Source of the DNA: Octopus bimaculoides
Taxonomy: Eukaryota
Reading direction: 5' to 3'
DNA: 64,000 nucleotides
Assembly: GCF_001194135.2 (NCBI RefSeq)
Contig: NC_068984.1
Span: forward strand, 57,946,552 to 58,010,551
Shown: positions 50,695-63,900 of the stretch, piece by piece
How positions within the stretch are numbered: position 1 is the first letter of the stretch
Layout: the number at the start of each line of letters is the position of its first letter
The notes under the pieces: model-generated
Databases searched by the model: none
The model's input: the letters and a program-made list of their open reading frames with translations, nothing else
Told to the model about the DNA's origin: nothing
Translations under genes and position numbers: made by a program

Positions 50695-52348
50695 TCTATT
50701 ACATAAAAGTCAATGTCTTTATGTGTGTCCATGCGTTACAATTGAAAGCTACTGCACCGATCCTAATGAAATTTGGAACACAAAATCCAAGCCTAGAGAG
50801 AAGGGTAATGCTGTGTGTTTCATACAATTTCATGGACCAAAATTACTGAATGGATCCTTATGTTATTTGGAATTTAGATTCAATGCATAAGGGAAGGTAT
50901 AATGCAATATGTTTGGTTTGAATTTGAGATGGCTTAAAGGGGGCAGAACCCCCATGAAAATTCATAAATTTTTTATGTTGATGAAATTTCAACCATGGGT
51001 AATTGACACACATCAAGAAATATTCTCAAAGTTTCCACTTCTCATGAGGATTCTAAGACCCCCCCCCCTAAATTTTAGTCATTTTTTATGATCCAAAACT
51101 TTGTCAAAAGTACTGAATGGATCTTTATAAAATTTGGACATTATATCCTATGCATAAGGGCCATAACTCCCATGAAAATTCATATATTTTTGCTGTTGAT
51201 GAAATTTCAACCATAGATATTCGACACAAATGAAGTAATATTTCTAAAATTTCATCTTCTTAGAAGTTAGAAAAACTCCTTTATGGGGACTTAACACCCA
51301 CAATTTAGTCATTTTATCTAAGCAAAGACAAATACAGTTGTACTCTTGGAAGCTGTAATATCACTCGAGCATAAAAGGTAAGCGTTATTTGTAATTCAAT
51401 AGTACAACAGTGTAAGAGTTTGCTTTGAGATATACTTACATTGGGATTTCTGCAATGTAGTGCATAAATTGTCCAGTAAATGAGAGGCATCTTTGCCTCC
51501 ACTGATTCAGTTGCAAAGTGTTCTGTAAACTTATTTGGTTGCAGACCTCCTTTGAATCTTTTTATTATCACTGGGTCACACATAGTCCCCCAATGGTAAC
51601 CTTGATTTGAAGGCCTTCCCATATGAGTGACTGGTTATTGAAAGACATTTATAGATTGTAAATTTATTCTGTCCAGTTACCTATCAGTATAGTGGTCATT
51701 TGCAAACTCCAGAGGTGACACTTTCATTTTTCCTTAGCCCTCACATCACACAGTTGTTAATGTTTCAATTGGGTCACACCCTTCCAATTGCTATAGATCC
51801 GTAATGCATCTTACGGCTGTGTCTGTCACCTGTATGGTGAGGAATCCTACATTGGGAGTAGTAACGGCTAGAGTAGGGTAGCTGACTGCTTAATGTGATC
51901 ATTCTGGTTTTCTGTAGCTTTGTTCTCTTTTACAAACCCAGTGAACATACATATATTTCCTATTGCAAAGAAATTCAAACGATATAAGACCTAAGTTAAA
52001 AAGGTTCTCAACAATTCAACTTCTCTGGTTGACATTAAGACACCCACCCCCAATAGGGGCCTTAACTCCCACATTTTAGAGCTCCATGACCTCAATTTTT
52101 CAGGAGCAAAATCCTTTTAACAGGTTCCATAAGAGTGGAATTTTGGAATCTATCCATAAAGATCAGTAGTATGGGATACATGTGTCATGATTAGAATTTT
52201 TTTAGCGTGTGTCAAGAGGAAAAGAACCCTCATCTGCAATTATGATGAAATTCGAATCATAGGTATTCTAGTTCATTAGAGAAAATATAACTGAAAAGTC
52301 TAATACTTGAAATGCATGTAACACAGGCAACGCTGGGTATCTCTGCTA

Positions 52349-52349
<1 letters not shown>
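50695..52349 (+). mobile_element. Probable non-autonomous Helitron
   Basis: 5' TC (A|TCTATTACATAAAAG...), 3' ...GCAACGCTGGGTATCTCTGCTAG|T, inserted between A and T with no TSD. It carries an 'accgatcctaatgaaatttgg' motif near the 5' end, like those I recall from such elements, and internal tandem modules. Confidence 0.65.
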
Positions 52350-52384
<35 letters not shown>

Positions 52385-52387
52385 TAT

Positions 52388-52900
52388 ATCTAGTACATAT
52401 GTGGAAAATCGGTGTGAGTTTGTTTGTGGCGTTTTTTGCTAACTCCTGCTACATTGTTTTATTGATTTTGATGAAACTTGACAAGTGAGTAGAACACATG
52501 TCTGGAAACCTTTTGACATACTTACATTGTTGAATAAATCTATAATACGGCCCCTGGAAGGAACCTTTATATCTGCCTCATATAACCAATTTTTTTTGAA
52601 ACACCCAAGGGGTAGAACTCATTTCATTGTTTATGTTCGATTACTCTGAATAATGACTTTTTGTGTGTCCTGTTTCCATTTTTTGCAGACAATATCACTT
52701 TTATACTTTATTTGACATGTGAGTAGAACTTCTGTCTGGAAACCTCATGACATACTTAGATTGTTGAAAAAAAAATCAATAATAGGGCCCTTCCAATGGA
52801 TCCTTATTACTAATATTTTATTTAAACAACCCAGGGGAAATAACCCATACCACCTGCAGTTTTTAGCGAAGCAATCAATATTTGATTTTTACGATCAGCC
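52388..52900 (+). mobile_element. Second Helitron-like fragment with an internal repeat
   Basis: Starts atctagtacatat, contains gattttgatgaaacttg, and repeats gtgagtagaac..tgtctggaaacc..tgacatactta at ~52486 and ~52720. Confidence 0.4.
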
Positions 52901-54114
52901 GACCTAATTCTGCATTTCACTACTCACAGATTTGAACTGCTAAACATTATTGTTGCACTTCCTTAATTTCAATCTTAAACCTTAAAGACTTCATTCTTTC
53001 ATTTCTATACATACCTTTTTGAATGCCCGTTATTCCTATAATTCTGCATTATTACAATTACGCTTTTTCTATGACAGTAGATAAATTTTTTATTCCACGA
53101 CGTATTTGTAGTGTCTTCATTCAGGCATAGCGTGGATTCGATCCTCGATTGCCAAATTTCAGTTAACACTTCAACGGGGATGCTGTCAATAAGTTGAAGG
53201 TTAGCAATTTACTGTGTGGTGATAATCACTCTTTGTTGACTTTCTCTGTGATAGTTTAATTTGAGTCTTATATTGGAGAAAAATGTGCAGTGACTTGAGA
53301 CATGGTGATCATTTACTTAATTATGTGTGCATTAAATATCCTAAAAATAATTTTCAAGTTTTTATATATTTCATTTTAAAGGGTATAATTTGTTTTCCAT
53401 CTTGAAAAATATTTCCTTATTACTTGTTTGACAAAACAAGTCATTGTAGTTTAAACAGTTGTAACTCTTATAATTTGGGAATGATATAATCTCCAAATTT
53501 GTTTCCTTGGAACAGTTATGTACTTGGTAAAACAATCAAATGCATAACAATTTTATATACTGACGATATTACCTCACTAATTTAGACATTTTAGTTGTGA
53601 TTTTGGCTAAAGAACCGAGGTAAAATGATTATGAACTTCTTCAAATTACAACATGATGCCACATTGTTCTTTGACGATTAATTTGAATTTGACCTCTCAT
53701 TTAAATTCAGATTACCACTTCAACATACCTGATTTAATTAACCTCTCTTCATTATCAGTTTTTGCTGTTCATATATCATTGTAATGTAACATTGTACTGT
53801 ATAACCTCTGGAGATATCTTAGTCATTAAGACAATGGTATCTTTGAATTCTGGGTATTTTGCAAGTTTTAATATTATTTTGTCATCAGTTGCACTAATTT
53901 GATGATCTATTAAAGGAATTTCCTGTATATGCAAAAATGAGCCTGAAAGTAGTGGCCAAATGTCCCTCAAATCGCATTTTAGCATCTTAAAAAAGGAAGG
54001 GTACAGTAATACAGGAATGGCTTGCAGCTAAACAACAACAAAACCCTTTCTAATATACAAGTGGATCTCTTTAGAACACTTGAATGGGTTTTTAAAAAAG
54101 TTCTTTTAAGGCTC

Positions 54115-54274
54115 AGGAGTGGCTGTGTGGTAAGTAGCTTGCTTACCAATCACATGGTTCCGAGTTCAGTCCCACTGTATGGCACTTTGGGCAAGTGTCT
54201 TCTACTATAGCCTTGGGCCGGCCAAAGCCTTGTGAGTGTATTTGGTAGACGGAAACTGAAAGAAGCCCGTTGCA

Positions 54275-54319
<45 letters not shown>

Positions 54320-54528
54320 GTATGTGTGTTTGTCTGTCTGTTCCCCCATCATCGCTTGACAACCGATGCTGGTGTGTTTACGTCCCCGTAACCTAGCGGT
54401 TCGGCAAAAAGAGACCAATAGAATAAGTACTAGGCTTACAAAAAATAAGTCCTGGGGTCGATTTGCTCGACTAAAGGCGGTGCTCCAGTATGGCCGCAGT
54501 CAAATGACTGAAACAAGTAAAAGAGTAA
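54115..54528 (+). mobile_element. SINE, full length, with an internal (TA)n tract
   Basis: tRNA-like head gtggctgtgtggtaag...gagttcagtccc, an internal microsatellite, and the tail aaacaagtaaaagagtaa. Confidence 0.9.
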
Positions 54529-54797
54529 TGTTCTTTTATATTGATCCAGATGACTGGAATTTATATGATTTTTTTTTGCAAATGAAATTAATAAAATATT
54601 TTTAATCTCTTATTCTTAGTGATTCTATAAATGAATAATTTTTCTTTCTCATTAATATTGGTTAAATGGTATTTAAGAAAAATGTTTGTACTGTTGTAAG
54701 ACCTTGAGAGGAATGTTCTTGGGAATGTGTTCAGTTACAGTCTTTTCTTTTATCAAACATTTATTTTAAATGTCAGCACTTCGTGTTGATGATTTAA

Positions 54798-55015
54798 GCT
54801 TTTTGTTACCATATTTCTTTTGAGATACTCAGTCTTTTCTCCAATTAATTTTGAAGATAATGAGGAATATAGTAAAATTTTGTCATTATTAAATGATGTT
54901 TGGAACATAAATTAACACAAAGTTCTGATGGAAGATTTTAATTCAAGACTCTTGAAAACAAGAAGTTTGTATCACAGAGCCAGGGGTAGTCTCAGGTAGG
55001 TTGGTATCAAAAGGG
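54798..55015. mobile_element. piggyBac-type MITE (TTAA-flanked)
   Basis: ttaa-gctttttgttacca ... ttggtatcaaaaggg-ttaa. Confidence 0.55.
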
Positions 55016-55619
55016 TTAAAATGTATTGGATACTTAGATATTCTTTAGTATTTTACTTGTTATTTTGCTTCATCTATTTGAGAGACTGATGCATTTCACT
55101 TGCAGGGTACCTCTTTTTTTGTTTTTACTTGTAGGCTATATTCATTCTAGTTTTGTTGATTTGATTAAATTTTAATTTTTGGACAAACAATATAATCTAA
55201 TATTCAAAATTCTTACTGTCATGCATTATTATTAAATTATGGACTTAACTTAATTCTTACAATGGCACAAAGGTACACAATAGTAGAGGAGGAAATATAT
55301 TCAGTTTATTCAATCCTATAAAATGATTGGTATTTATTTTTATTAACCAGAATGATGAAGTATGAAGTCAACTTTGCTAAAATTTGAATGTTTTGTTTTT
55401 TAGTTATGGCTTCACCCTTTAGTTTTCTGACTGACCAAAACCAACCAAAAATAATTCCCCATATCTGATTCCTCTATGAAATCACTAAAATATAAACAAA
55501 TGACGTTATTGAATATTTGTAGCTTTTTGTCTTTATTCAAGTAAAAATACTGTGAAATTTTTTAAACTTTTTGGTTTTCTCAATGTTTGGAGAGAAGTGT
55601 ATATCTTAGTTTTTAATGA

Positions 55620-56407
55620 TATGGCATCAGCAAGTAGTGATTCTGACTTTGAAGGTTTTACTCTTGATGTACAAAATATAAACGAAAACAACAGTGATTT
55701 ATCTTCAGATGAATCTGATATTGATATTTATGAATCTTTGTCAGACGAGGAAGATTTTGATAATGAAAGTGATGAAAATGATATTGAAAACATTATGGCA
55801 ACATGGTTGAAGATTACTATATCAACCACAATTACCGATTTCACAGAAAAGACTTGTCCACAATAAAAGTCTACTGTGCTCAACCATTGGACTATTTATT
55901 TTCATTTTTACCAAAATGTTTTTTTGAAACTGTCGCAGAGGAAACAAATAAATATGCTCAATGCATAATTTCTATTTGTGGAAGTCCCAATCCACTATCG
56001 CCGCCAACTGATACTGCGGAAATGTGAGCTTTTTTTACTATAAACATTATGTTTGGTATCAAACAGCTTCCTTGACTGTGGAAGTACTGGAGTCTTGATA
56101 TAAGGTATGGTGATCCATTTATCTCCAGCATTGTCTAACTATAAGTAATTAATACTAGACATATTATCCAGCCTTGCCTGATAAAGTATTCACGGAATTG
56201 GTTGCCAGTTTGTAGAATGGGAATTCACGGTACTTATGCATGTATATATATTTAACCTAACTTCTGGACTTATTTTATTGGAACCAAACAATTTACATGA
56301 GTAGAAGCTTTTTTCTAACAATTTTTATCTTGAAAATCACCTGTTACTTTTGTTTTAAAGTGAAAGAGAAGAGAACTTGAAAGATGTATGAATGTGTATA
56401 TGAAATG

Positions 56408-56467
<60 letters not shown>

Positions 56468-57560
56468 TGTGCCACTTACACATACATGAGAACACACATG
56501 TTCACTCACTCACACACTCTCTCGCTTTCTCTTTCTCACACACACACATACACACTCACATGCACACGTACGTACAAAAAAGATGTACACATGTATTGAT
56601 GTATGTACATATACATGACAACACCCCCACTCACACTCTGTCTCTCTTTTTCTCTCTCTGTCTTCCTCTCCCTCTCTCTCTCTCTTTCACACACACACAC
56701 ACACACACGTCCATTTCATGTACACACATCTTTCACTTTCTCCTCTCTTTCACTTTCTCCTCTCTTTCACTTTAAAACAAAAGTAAATAAAAATTTTTTA
56801 CGGAAATTAATGAACTTCGGATGATGAAATCACATTCAGTTAAAAATATTTCTAAGTGTGTAAAATAGTATGTACGTCAAAAAGTCAAGGTTTTTTTTTT
56901 TCTGGGAGAGTGCGAAGACAATGTGTGTGTATGTGTCAGATAGCGAACGTGTGTTTGTGTTGATTGACACACCATGACATTCATTATGTGTGTGTATGTG
57001 TATTGATGCCATGGAAGCCATGTATTTTTTTCATTAAAAAATAACAAAAAATGTGTTTATTGTTTAAATAGAGGTTCAAATGTCACAAAAATTTGTACTG
57101 CACTGCCAAAGGTAATTATGAAAATAAATATGTAAAAAAAGTTAAGATAAAATATACTATTTCTGAGATATTTCAGTTACACACAAACATCCCTAGAGTT
57201 TTAATATTATCAAAATTTCTGTATGTAAAAAGTCACAAGGTACCTCTGCCACCAAGAGGCTATGACCATTTGAAATTTTGGGTAGACATCACATCTCAGT
57301 TACTTGAAGGCTTTTCTTCTTGAAAGCACTGAACTGTGAGAAAAACAAGATTAACTGAGGTGGATGTCAACAAAGAAAATATTGACATCTATAAACTTGA
57401 AAAAATAAATGGAAGGAAAAAAGTTTGCAGACTGTGTTCGCTGCAAAAAAGAAAAATTGCGAAAGGGTATCAGGTCAAGACCTTATATATGTGTTTGTTT
57501 TGCAAAGTGCCCTTGTGTAAAGGGTGCTTTGGATAGTTTCACAATAGAAATATGGTATAA
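55620..57560 (+). mobile_element. piggyBac (PGBD4-like) transposase pseudogene, internally deleted and interrupted
   Basis: Acidic N-terminus (MASASSDSDFEGF...), PLDYLFSFLP..FETVAEETNKYA and TDTAEM motifs, and a C-terminal CRLC...TLYMCLFCKVPLCKGCF domain. The central DDD region is not seen. Confidence 0.8.
56345..56785. mobile_element. Foldback MITE whose TIRs include (TG)n(AG)n microsatellites, inserted in the piggyBac remnant
   Basis: tacttttgttttaaagtgaaagag...atgaaatggacgtgtgtg at the left end is mirrored as the reverse complement at the right end. TA at both ends. Confidence 0.7.
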
Positions 57561-59077
57561 CTATATTTTGGTGTTTAATAGTAATATTATCATATATTCC
57601 TATAATTTTATTACAAATAATATGTGAAAGTGAGAAATGCATATTTTTTTCAGCATGTTACACACTTGTATTCACCTTTGTTTCACCTGTTAATGAGCTT
57701 TTTTTATTAGATACATTCTGTTATGTAAATGTATTCATTAAATTATATAAGAGTTTATAGCTTTGGGATTATTGACTAGTAAAAGAGTTTTGTACTTTAT
57801 TTCCAATGAAAAATTTTGAATGAAATATAGAGAAAGAATAAAATCCTGTACCAATTATACCTGTATTTTAATTAATTCAAATTAATGTACCTCATCTTGA
57901 AAAGTGGCAAAATTGTTGGTAGTTGACATCTGGGATAATTTTAGTAACAAATCAAACAGGTAAGATGCATTAAGAATTTCAATTTTAATGTTATTGCTTT
58001 TACACCTGTTAATTAAATTTACTTGCCCATAAAAGTCAAATTTAATGAGAAAGATCAGCTAAAATTACTTAACTATAAATCACTGGTCTATAAGCACTCA
58101 CTGACAAAATTTCAAATCTGTATGTAAAAAATTAACAAAGTTACAAGCAAATATTGTGGGCACCCCACTTGAACCTGAGTAATTCAAAATAATGTGAACA
58201 AATAAGCATTACATTTGACAGATTGATCTGAACACTAAAGGGTTAAGGCAAGAAGATCAACACTCATGACCCTTTGCAAAGTCTTCAGGACTCAAATGTA
58301 GAGAATTATCCTCTGACTAAAGATCTGGCTTGATTGGTTGCAATAGATTAGATTCTACTAAGGTTGCACAAAGGCTAGTTAATAGTACTAAACAAAATTT
58401 CAGATTAAGTCTACTACCCAAGTTGGAAGGATTATAGAAAGATAAAACTAAATCCTATAAAACTCTATTTTTTTTACTTTATTGTTTTTATTGCTGGCTT
58501 TAATTAAAATAAATTTAGCTAACTGATATTGGAATTTATCAATTCTGAGTAGGAGCGGAGATATCATATAGTTGAAATTGCATTTATACTTTTATTAGTG
58601 AATGGTAAAAACTAACAGAAAACAAGCATTCATTTTCTGATATATTTTAAATGTAGAATCTCTACACACAGGTAGTTTTATGAAGAGAGTATATTTATTA
58701 TAACAAGAGAAAATAGCCTCATTTGTTGGACCTTACAAAATTTTTAAATGGAAGAGATGATGACATATTTTGGAGCGCTGTTTCTTATGGAAATTTGGCA
58801 GCTCCCAACTTGTAGATATTAATTGGAGTGCAAATTCAGGTCTGAGACAGAAAATCAATAGCCAGGAATCAGTACCTTGATAATACATGTGAAAACAACT
58901 ATATGTAACCAACTTACCTGGACAAGTGAGTGATATGACAACAGAAAAATCCCACATTCACACTATACATCAGTCATTATATTGTACACACGAATTTCAT
59001 CCAGTTCCATGCAATAGATATATTTATGATTTTTTTATACTGGACTAACTGCATTTCAAAATTTAGTTTCTTACAGA

Positions 59078-59113
<36 letters not shown>

Positions 59114-59353
59114 AGTTGTTGGCAATGTTGTTACTAAGGGTGTCTGAAGAAAGTTTATGAGAAGGTGAATGAAAGAATTGAAGAATTTATTAAGCATATT
59201 ACCAGAATGACTCTATAACCTTTATTTAAGGTAGTCTTTGCTAAGTTAGTGTTAACATATTTTATGTACAATACATTACGAAGCTAACTAGAAATAAATA
59301 TGTAATGAGGTAAAAAATTATATTAGTCAATGACATATATATTCATTTTCCAG

Positions 59354-59476
59354 CAAGTTCAGAATACTATGCCAAATATTTTGGTCTTCCGTTCACATCA
59401 ACAAAGCATATCTTCATTGTACTTATTGAAGTATTGATAAAACATTTATTAAGTAGATGTACAAAATTGCTTGTAG
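59354..59476 (+). CDS. Candidate internal exon (SSEYYAKYFGLPFTSTKHIFIVLIEVLIKHLLSRCTKLLV), unidentified
   Basis: Acceptor attcattttccag|, donor gtag|gttagt, 123 nt, open in phase 1 to 1. No recognised homology. Confidence 0.2.
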
Positions 59477-60914
59477 GTTAGTGGTTATTCAACCTCTTTG
59501 AAAGAGAGGTGAGGGTAAGCTTCTGCTGGTAGCATAGCTATTTGGTTATTTGTAAAAAAACAATTCAGGAAGGAAAGGTTTGAAGCTGAACAAAATTGAA
59601 ATCATGAAAATGTTACATTTAACTATAGATACTAAGAATTGTTAATGTTCTAGTTTGTGAGGATACATGACAAAATCTTTAGCTCTGTACTCAGTAACAT
59701 ATTAAGAGAAACAAGCATATTGTCATTCTGAGAACTTGCTGAAGAGGCAGTAAGAATGGGGACAGAAAAACCTACTTCCATTGGAGGTTAGCAGTAGAAA
59801 TATGTGTGATGTTTCTACTGCCGAATGTAACAAAATGTCAGCAGTAGAAACATTTCTACTACTATCTGACAAAATGTGAATGTAACATTCATGTAAAGCT
59901 TTTAGTGTTTGAAGGATAGTTGCTGAAAATATAAAAACTTGTTGCCCTTTTACTGTCAATTTTTTTTGTAATGAGAAGGCATTTATATCTGATAGATTGG
60001 ATCAGCTGCTGCAAACATGAAAAATATTAGAAAGAAAATGGTGGTTGATTTGTTTCAGCCTACATTCATGAAAATAAGGGCTATTTGAATTATTCTTTGA
60101 CTTGAGTTAGAGAAATCATTTAATAGGCAGTAATATTTAGTATGGGCTGTTTTGAGTTATAAATCATTAATCTTCCTTTATAAATTCTCATTTATTTGAA
60201 TAAACATGCATGTAATGTATAAGTGTGTATGTAATGACTGCTTGCACATATGTGAGTAATGATCACATGCTTATGCATGTTTGTAGTTATTGAATGAGCA
60301 TAAATGTAACTAAATGCATGACTGATAACCTGTATGCATAATCATCCCTTCATGGTCAACTGAAAATTGTATATAAAAGTTGCATGTACAAAATAACTTG
60401 GATAGGAAAATGCTAGAAAACTATACAAAAATCCTTTATAAATTTCTTAAACCTAAAGTAGATGTAAAAAGTAGCTATTTTTACAGAAAGTGCATCTCAC
60501 ACTCAGCAGACAACTAACATGTTAGATACAATTACTGAAGCTTTAGAATATAAGTAACTGTGATATTGGTACACTGAAGAGTGATATCACTTGACATGAA
60601 TTATATTTATTAGCTGTAACAATAGAACACATACTTCATGTGGCTTTCTATCTAGGGCTGGATTAATTTGCAGATTTGTCCTTCAAATGTCATTGTCATC
60701 TCTTAGTTATACAAAACATGGGAAAAAAAAAAAACAACTGTTAACAAAAGCTTGTGAGCCACCAGTAATTTCAGCAACCATCTNNNNNNNNNNNNNNNNN
60801 NNNNNNNNNNNNNNNNNNNNNNNNNNCCCCACCGCTATCACACACATGAACACATTTATATTATACATGCACATGTAAAGCAAGAATTCCATTGTGGATG
60901 TAATCATAGGATCT

Positions 60915-61090
60915 TTACTCTTCAGAGCATTGTTTTAAACAGTATATGGAATTTAAGCAGTCTGTCAATCAGTTTCATTCACTTCAAGAAAGCAATCAAC
61001 AGTACATATGGACAGTCTTTGTGGAATATTGTTAGGACCTAGTGTGTCCTGCAGTGTATGTAGAGCATGCTTAAAAGCTGCAGAGTAACT
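60915..61090 (+). mobile_element. Decayed RTE-like RT fragment
   Basis: SISFIHFKKAINSTYGQSLWNIVR resembles the NFIDFKKAFDS.HR.SLW.ILR RT motif. Confidence 0.5.
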
Positions 61091-62204
61091 TTTAAGATAC
61101 ATTGCTTGTTAGAAACATAACTATTAATTTATGTATCAAAGTAGATATATTGATGAGAAGCATTCTCATTGGACAGAAATAAATATAAATGGAGAATAAT
61201 CTGTCAAATGGTGTTTATTTTATGAATCATAGTTTCTGTTGCGTGTGTGTATAATGGGTGTGTGGTTAAAAAGTTTGCATGGCATCCATGTCGTTTTAGG
61301 GCAAGTGTCTTCTATAGCCTTGGGTTGACTAAATCCTTAGGAGTGAATTTGGTTGCCAGAAACTGCAGAAATCATTGTGTGTGTGTGTGTGTTGTGTGAT
61401 AAGTTTACATCTCTGTTAATATTACAGTCAATTGGTTTACATTTTCAAAGATCTGTGGAAAATGTAATTCCTGATTTGAAAAACAGGTAAGGGTTGGTAG
61501 CATGAAGAACATCTGGCTGTAAAATTGTGCCACAGATAAGTCGCTGACCAACCATGCTAATATGGACAAACATGCTAAAGGAACGAATAAATGAATATTT
61601 GTGAAACAAGTTTTCAAATATTTTATATTAAAGATATAACTAGGTTCAAGTTTTTAAATAATTTTTCATATATTCTTATTAGTCCTTTGGAACAATAATG
61701 TTATGAAGCTTATTAACATCTGCAGATCAATCATGTATTCTTTTACTCTTTCTTTTCTCTATCTTGTGTCATGTATTGCAGTCTAATAGTTCATGTAGCA
61801 ACAGTTTGAAATTGTTATACTTAAAAAAAAAAAAAATGGTATTAATTGAATACATCTAGATTAGAATCATCTCTGAATGAGTTAAGTTGCTAAGTAAGCA
61901 CAGTGTTTTTGGGAATGATTTCATAAAGCCTTTTCATTGATTGTTTTTTCTTTTAAATTCTTATTTTAAAATTTTATTAAAAGACAAGTTATGTATTTCA
62001 ACAGAAATATAACAAAAAGGTTAATCCAATACATTAGCTGAAACCAGTTCATTTTTTTTATAGTTCAAGAAGTATTTTACATTTGTGTTGCTTGTAAGTT
62101 TATTTTTTACTCATAAAATTCCATTGGTAATATTTTCATAAAATTTTTAGTCAGGCATTTGAACCAATGCTTGAGTTTAGTCCATAACCTGTCTACATGC
62201 ATAT

Positions 62205-62213
62205 GCACACACA

Positions 62214-62257
<44 letters not shown>

Positions 62258-62259
62258 TG

Positions 62260-62290
<31 letters not shown>
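62205..62290. repeat. (GCAC)n(CA)n microsatellite
   Basis: Direct reading. Confidence 0.95.
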
Positions 62291-63693
62291 ACGTGCGTGC
62301 ACATGCTTCATTCAAATTCAAGCAGACCCAAATTTTTTCTAGAACCTAATTTTTATATGTGGACTCATGAATAAAATTTAAGTGAAAGTTGCATGTATCT
62401 TTGTTTTAGACAATCATTTTGATAACTTACCTGACTAATTGGCATAGAGCTGCTTATCAGCATATTCTAATCTCTGACAAACAAACATAGTATCCTTGTT
62501 CTGCCTTTTCTACTGCAGTAGCCTTTACTTCTTGGAGCTGGCTGTTGTTGTGCCAGTAGCAGGCCCACTTGTCTCACTCATCGCTCCCACTTTTGTTCCT
62601 CTTATTATGTCTAGTCTTCTAAATCCTGCGCCAATTGCTATGCCCTATCCTTTCTTTTCGTGATATTTACTCATAGTGGCATAAAAATTCCCCTTCATAT
62701 ATGATGGCTAACACTTTATGTGTGTGTGTGTGTCTGTATATATATATATATATATATATNNNNNNNNNNNNNNNNNNNNNNNNNNNNNNNNNNNNNNNNN
62801 NNNNNNNNNNNNNNNNNNNNNNNNNNNNNNNNNNNNNNNNNNNNNNNNNNNNNNNNNNNNNNNNNNNNNNNNNNNNNNNNNNNNNNNNNNNNNNNNNNNN
62901 NNNNNNNNNNNNNNNNNNNNNNNNNNNNNNNNNNNNNNNNNNNNNNNNNNNNNNNNNNNNNNNNNNNNNNNNNNNNNNNNNNNNNNNNNNNNNNNNNNNN
63001 NNNNNNNNNNNNNNNNNNNNNNNNNNNNNNNNNNNNNNNNNNNNNNNNNNNNNNNNNNNNNNNNNNNNNNNNNNNNNNNNNNNNNNNNNNNNNNNNNNNN
63101 NNNNNNNNNNNNNNNNNNNNNNNNNNNNNNNNNNNNNNNNNNNNNNNNNNNNNNNNNNNNNNNNNNNNNNNNNNNNNNNNNNNNNNNNNNNNNNNNNNNN
63201 NNNNNNNNNNNNNNNNNNNNNNNNNNNNNNNNNNNNNNNNNNNNNNNNNNNNNNNNNNNNNNNNNNNNNNNNNNNNNNNNNNNNNNNNNNNNNNNNNNNN
63301 NNNNNNNNNNNNNNNNNNNNNNNNNNNNNNNNNNNNNNNNNNNNNNNNNNNNNNNNNNNNNNNNNNNNNNNNNNNNNNNNNNNNNNNNNNNNNNNNNNNN
63401 NNNNNNNNNNNNNNNNNNNNNNNNNNNNNNNNNNNNNNNNNNNNNNNNNNNNNNNNNNNNNNNNNNNNNNNNNNNNNNNNNNNNNNNNNNNNNNNNNNNN
63501 NNNNNNNNNNNNNNNNNNNNNNNNNNNNNNNNNNNNNNNNNNNNNNNNNNNNNNNNNNNNNNNNNNNNNNNNNNNNNNNNNNNNNNNNNNNNNNNNNNNN
63601 NNNNNNNNNNNNNNNNNNNNNNNNNNNNNNNNNNNNNNNNNNNNNNNNNNNNNNNNNNNNNNNNNNNNNNNNNNNNNNNNNNNNNNNNNNNNN

Positions 63694-63735
<42 letters not shown>

Positions 63736-63741
<6 letters not shown>

Positions 63742-63900
63742 GCTTCTTTCAGTTTCTATCTACCAAATCCACTCACAAGGCTTTGGTTGACCTGAAGCTA
63801 TAATGGAAGATGTTTGCTCAAGGAGCCACACAGTAGGAATGAATCTGGAATCATGTGGTTGGAAAGCAAACTTCTTACCACAGAGCGATGCCTGCACCTG
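63736..63900 (-). mobile_element. SINE 5' half
   Basis: Reverse-complement match to the 5' half of 54115-54528. Confidence 0.8.

Noticed and set aside
53776-53985. 69-aa minus-strand ORF that looks protein-like
   Set aside because: The frame closes before the nearest donor (53718), and no partner exons were found.
49162-56824. ORFs rich in YIYI, CVCV, HTHT and LSLS
   Set aside because: They are translations of (TA)n, (TG)n, (CA)n and (CT)n microsatellites.
59723-59959. 'QVFIFSAT', resembling DEAD-box motif III
   Set aside because: No other helicase motifs or splice sites lie in frame, so this is a chance match.
60915-61035. Plus-strand host exon candidate after tactcttcag
   Set aside because: Another frame matches a LINE RT motif (FI.FKKA..S....SLW.I.R), so it is better explained as retroelement debris.
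62520-62670. GC-richer patch with short open frames on both strands
   Set aside because: There is no start or splice support and no recognisable protein motif.
41550-63803. Long ORFs of 90-361 aa in the ORF track at 41550-41951, 45584-46271, 49709-50298 and 62701-63803
   Set aside because: They run through N gaps (X residues) and (TA)n tracts, so they are artefacts.
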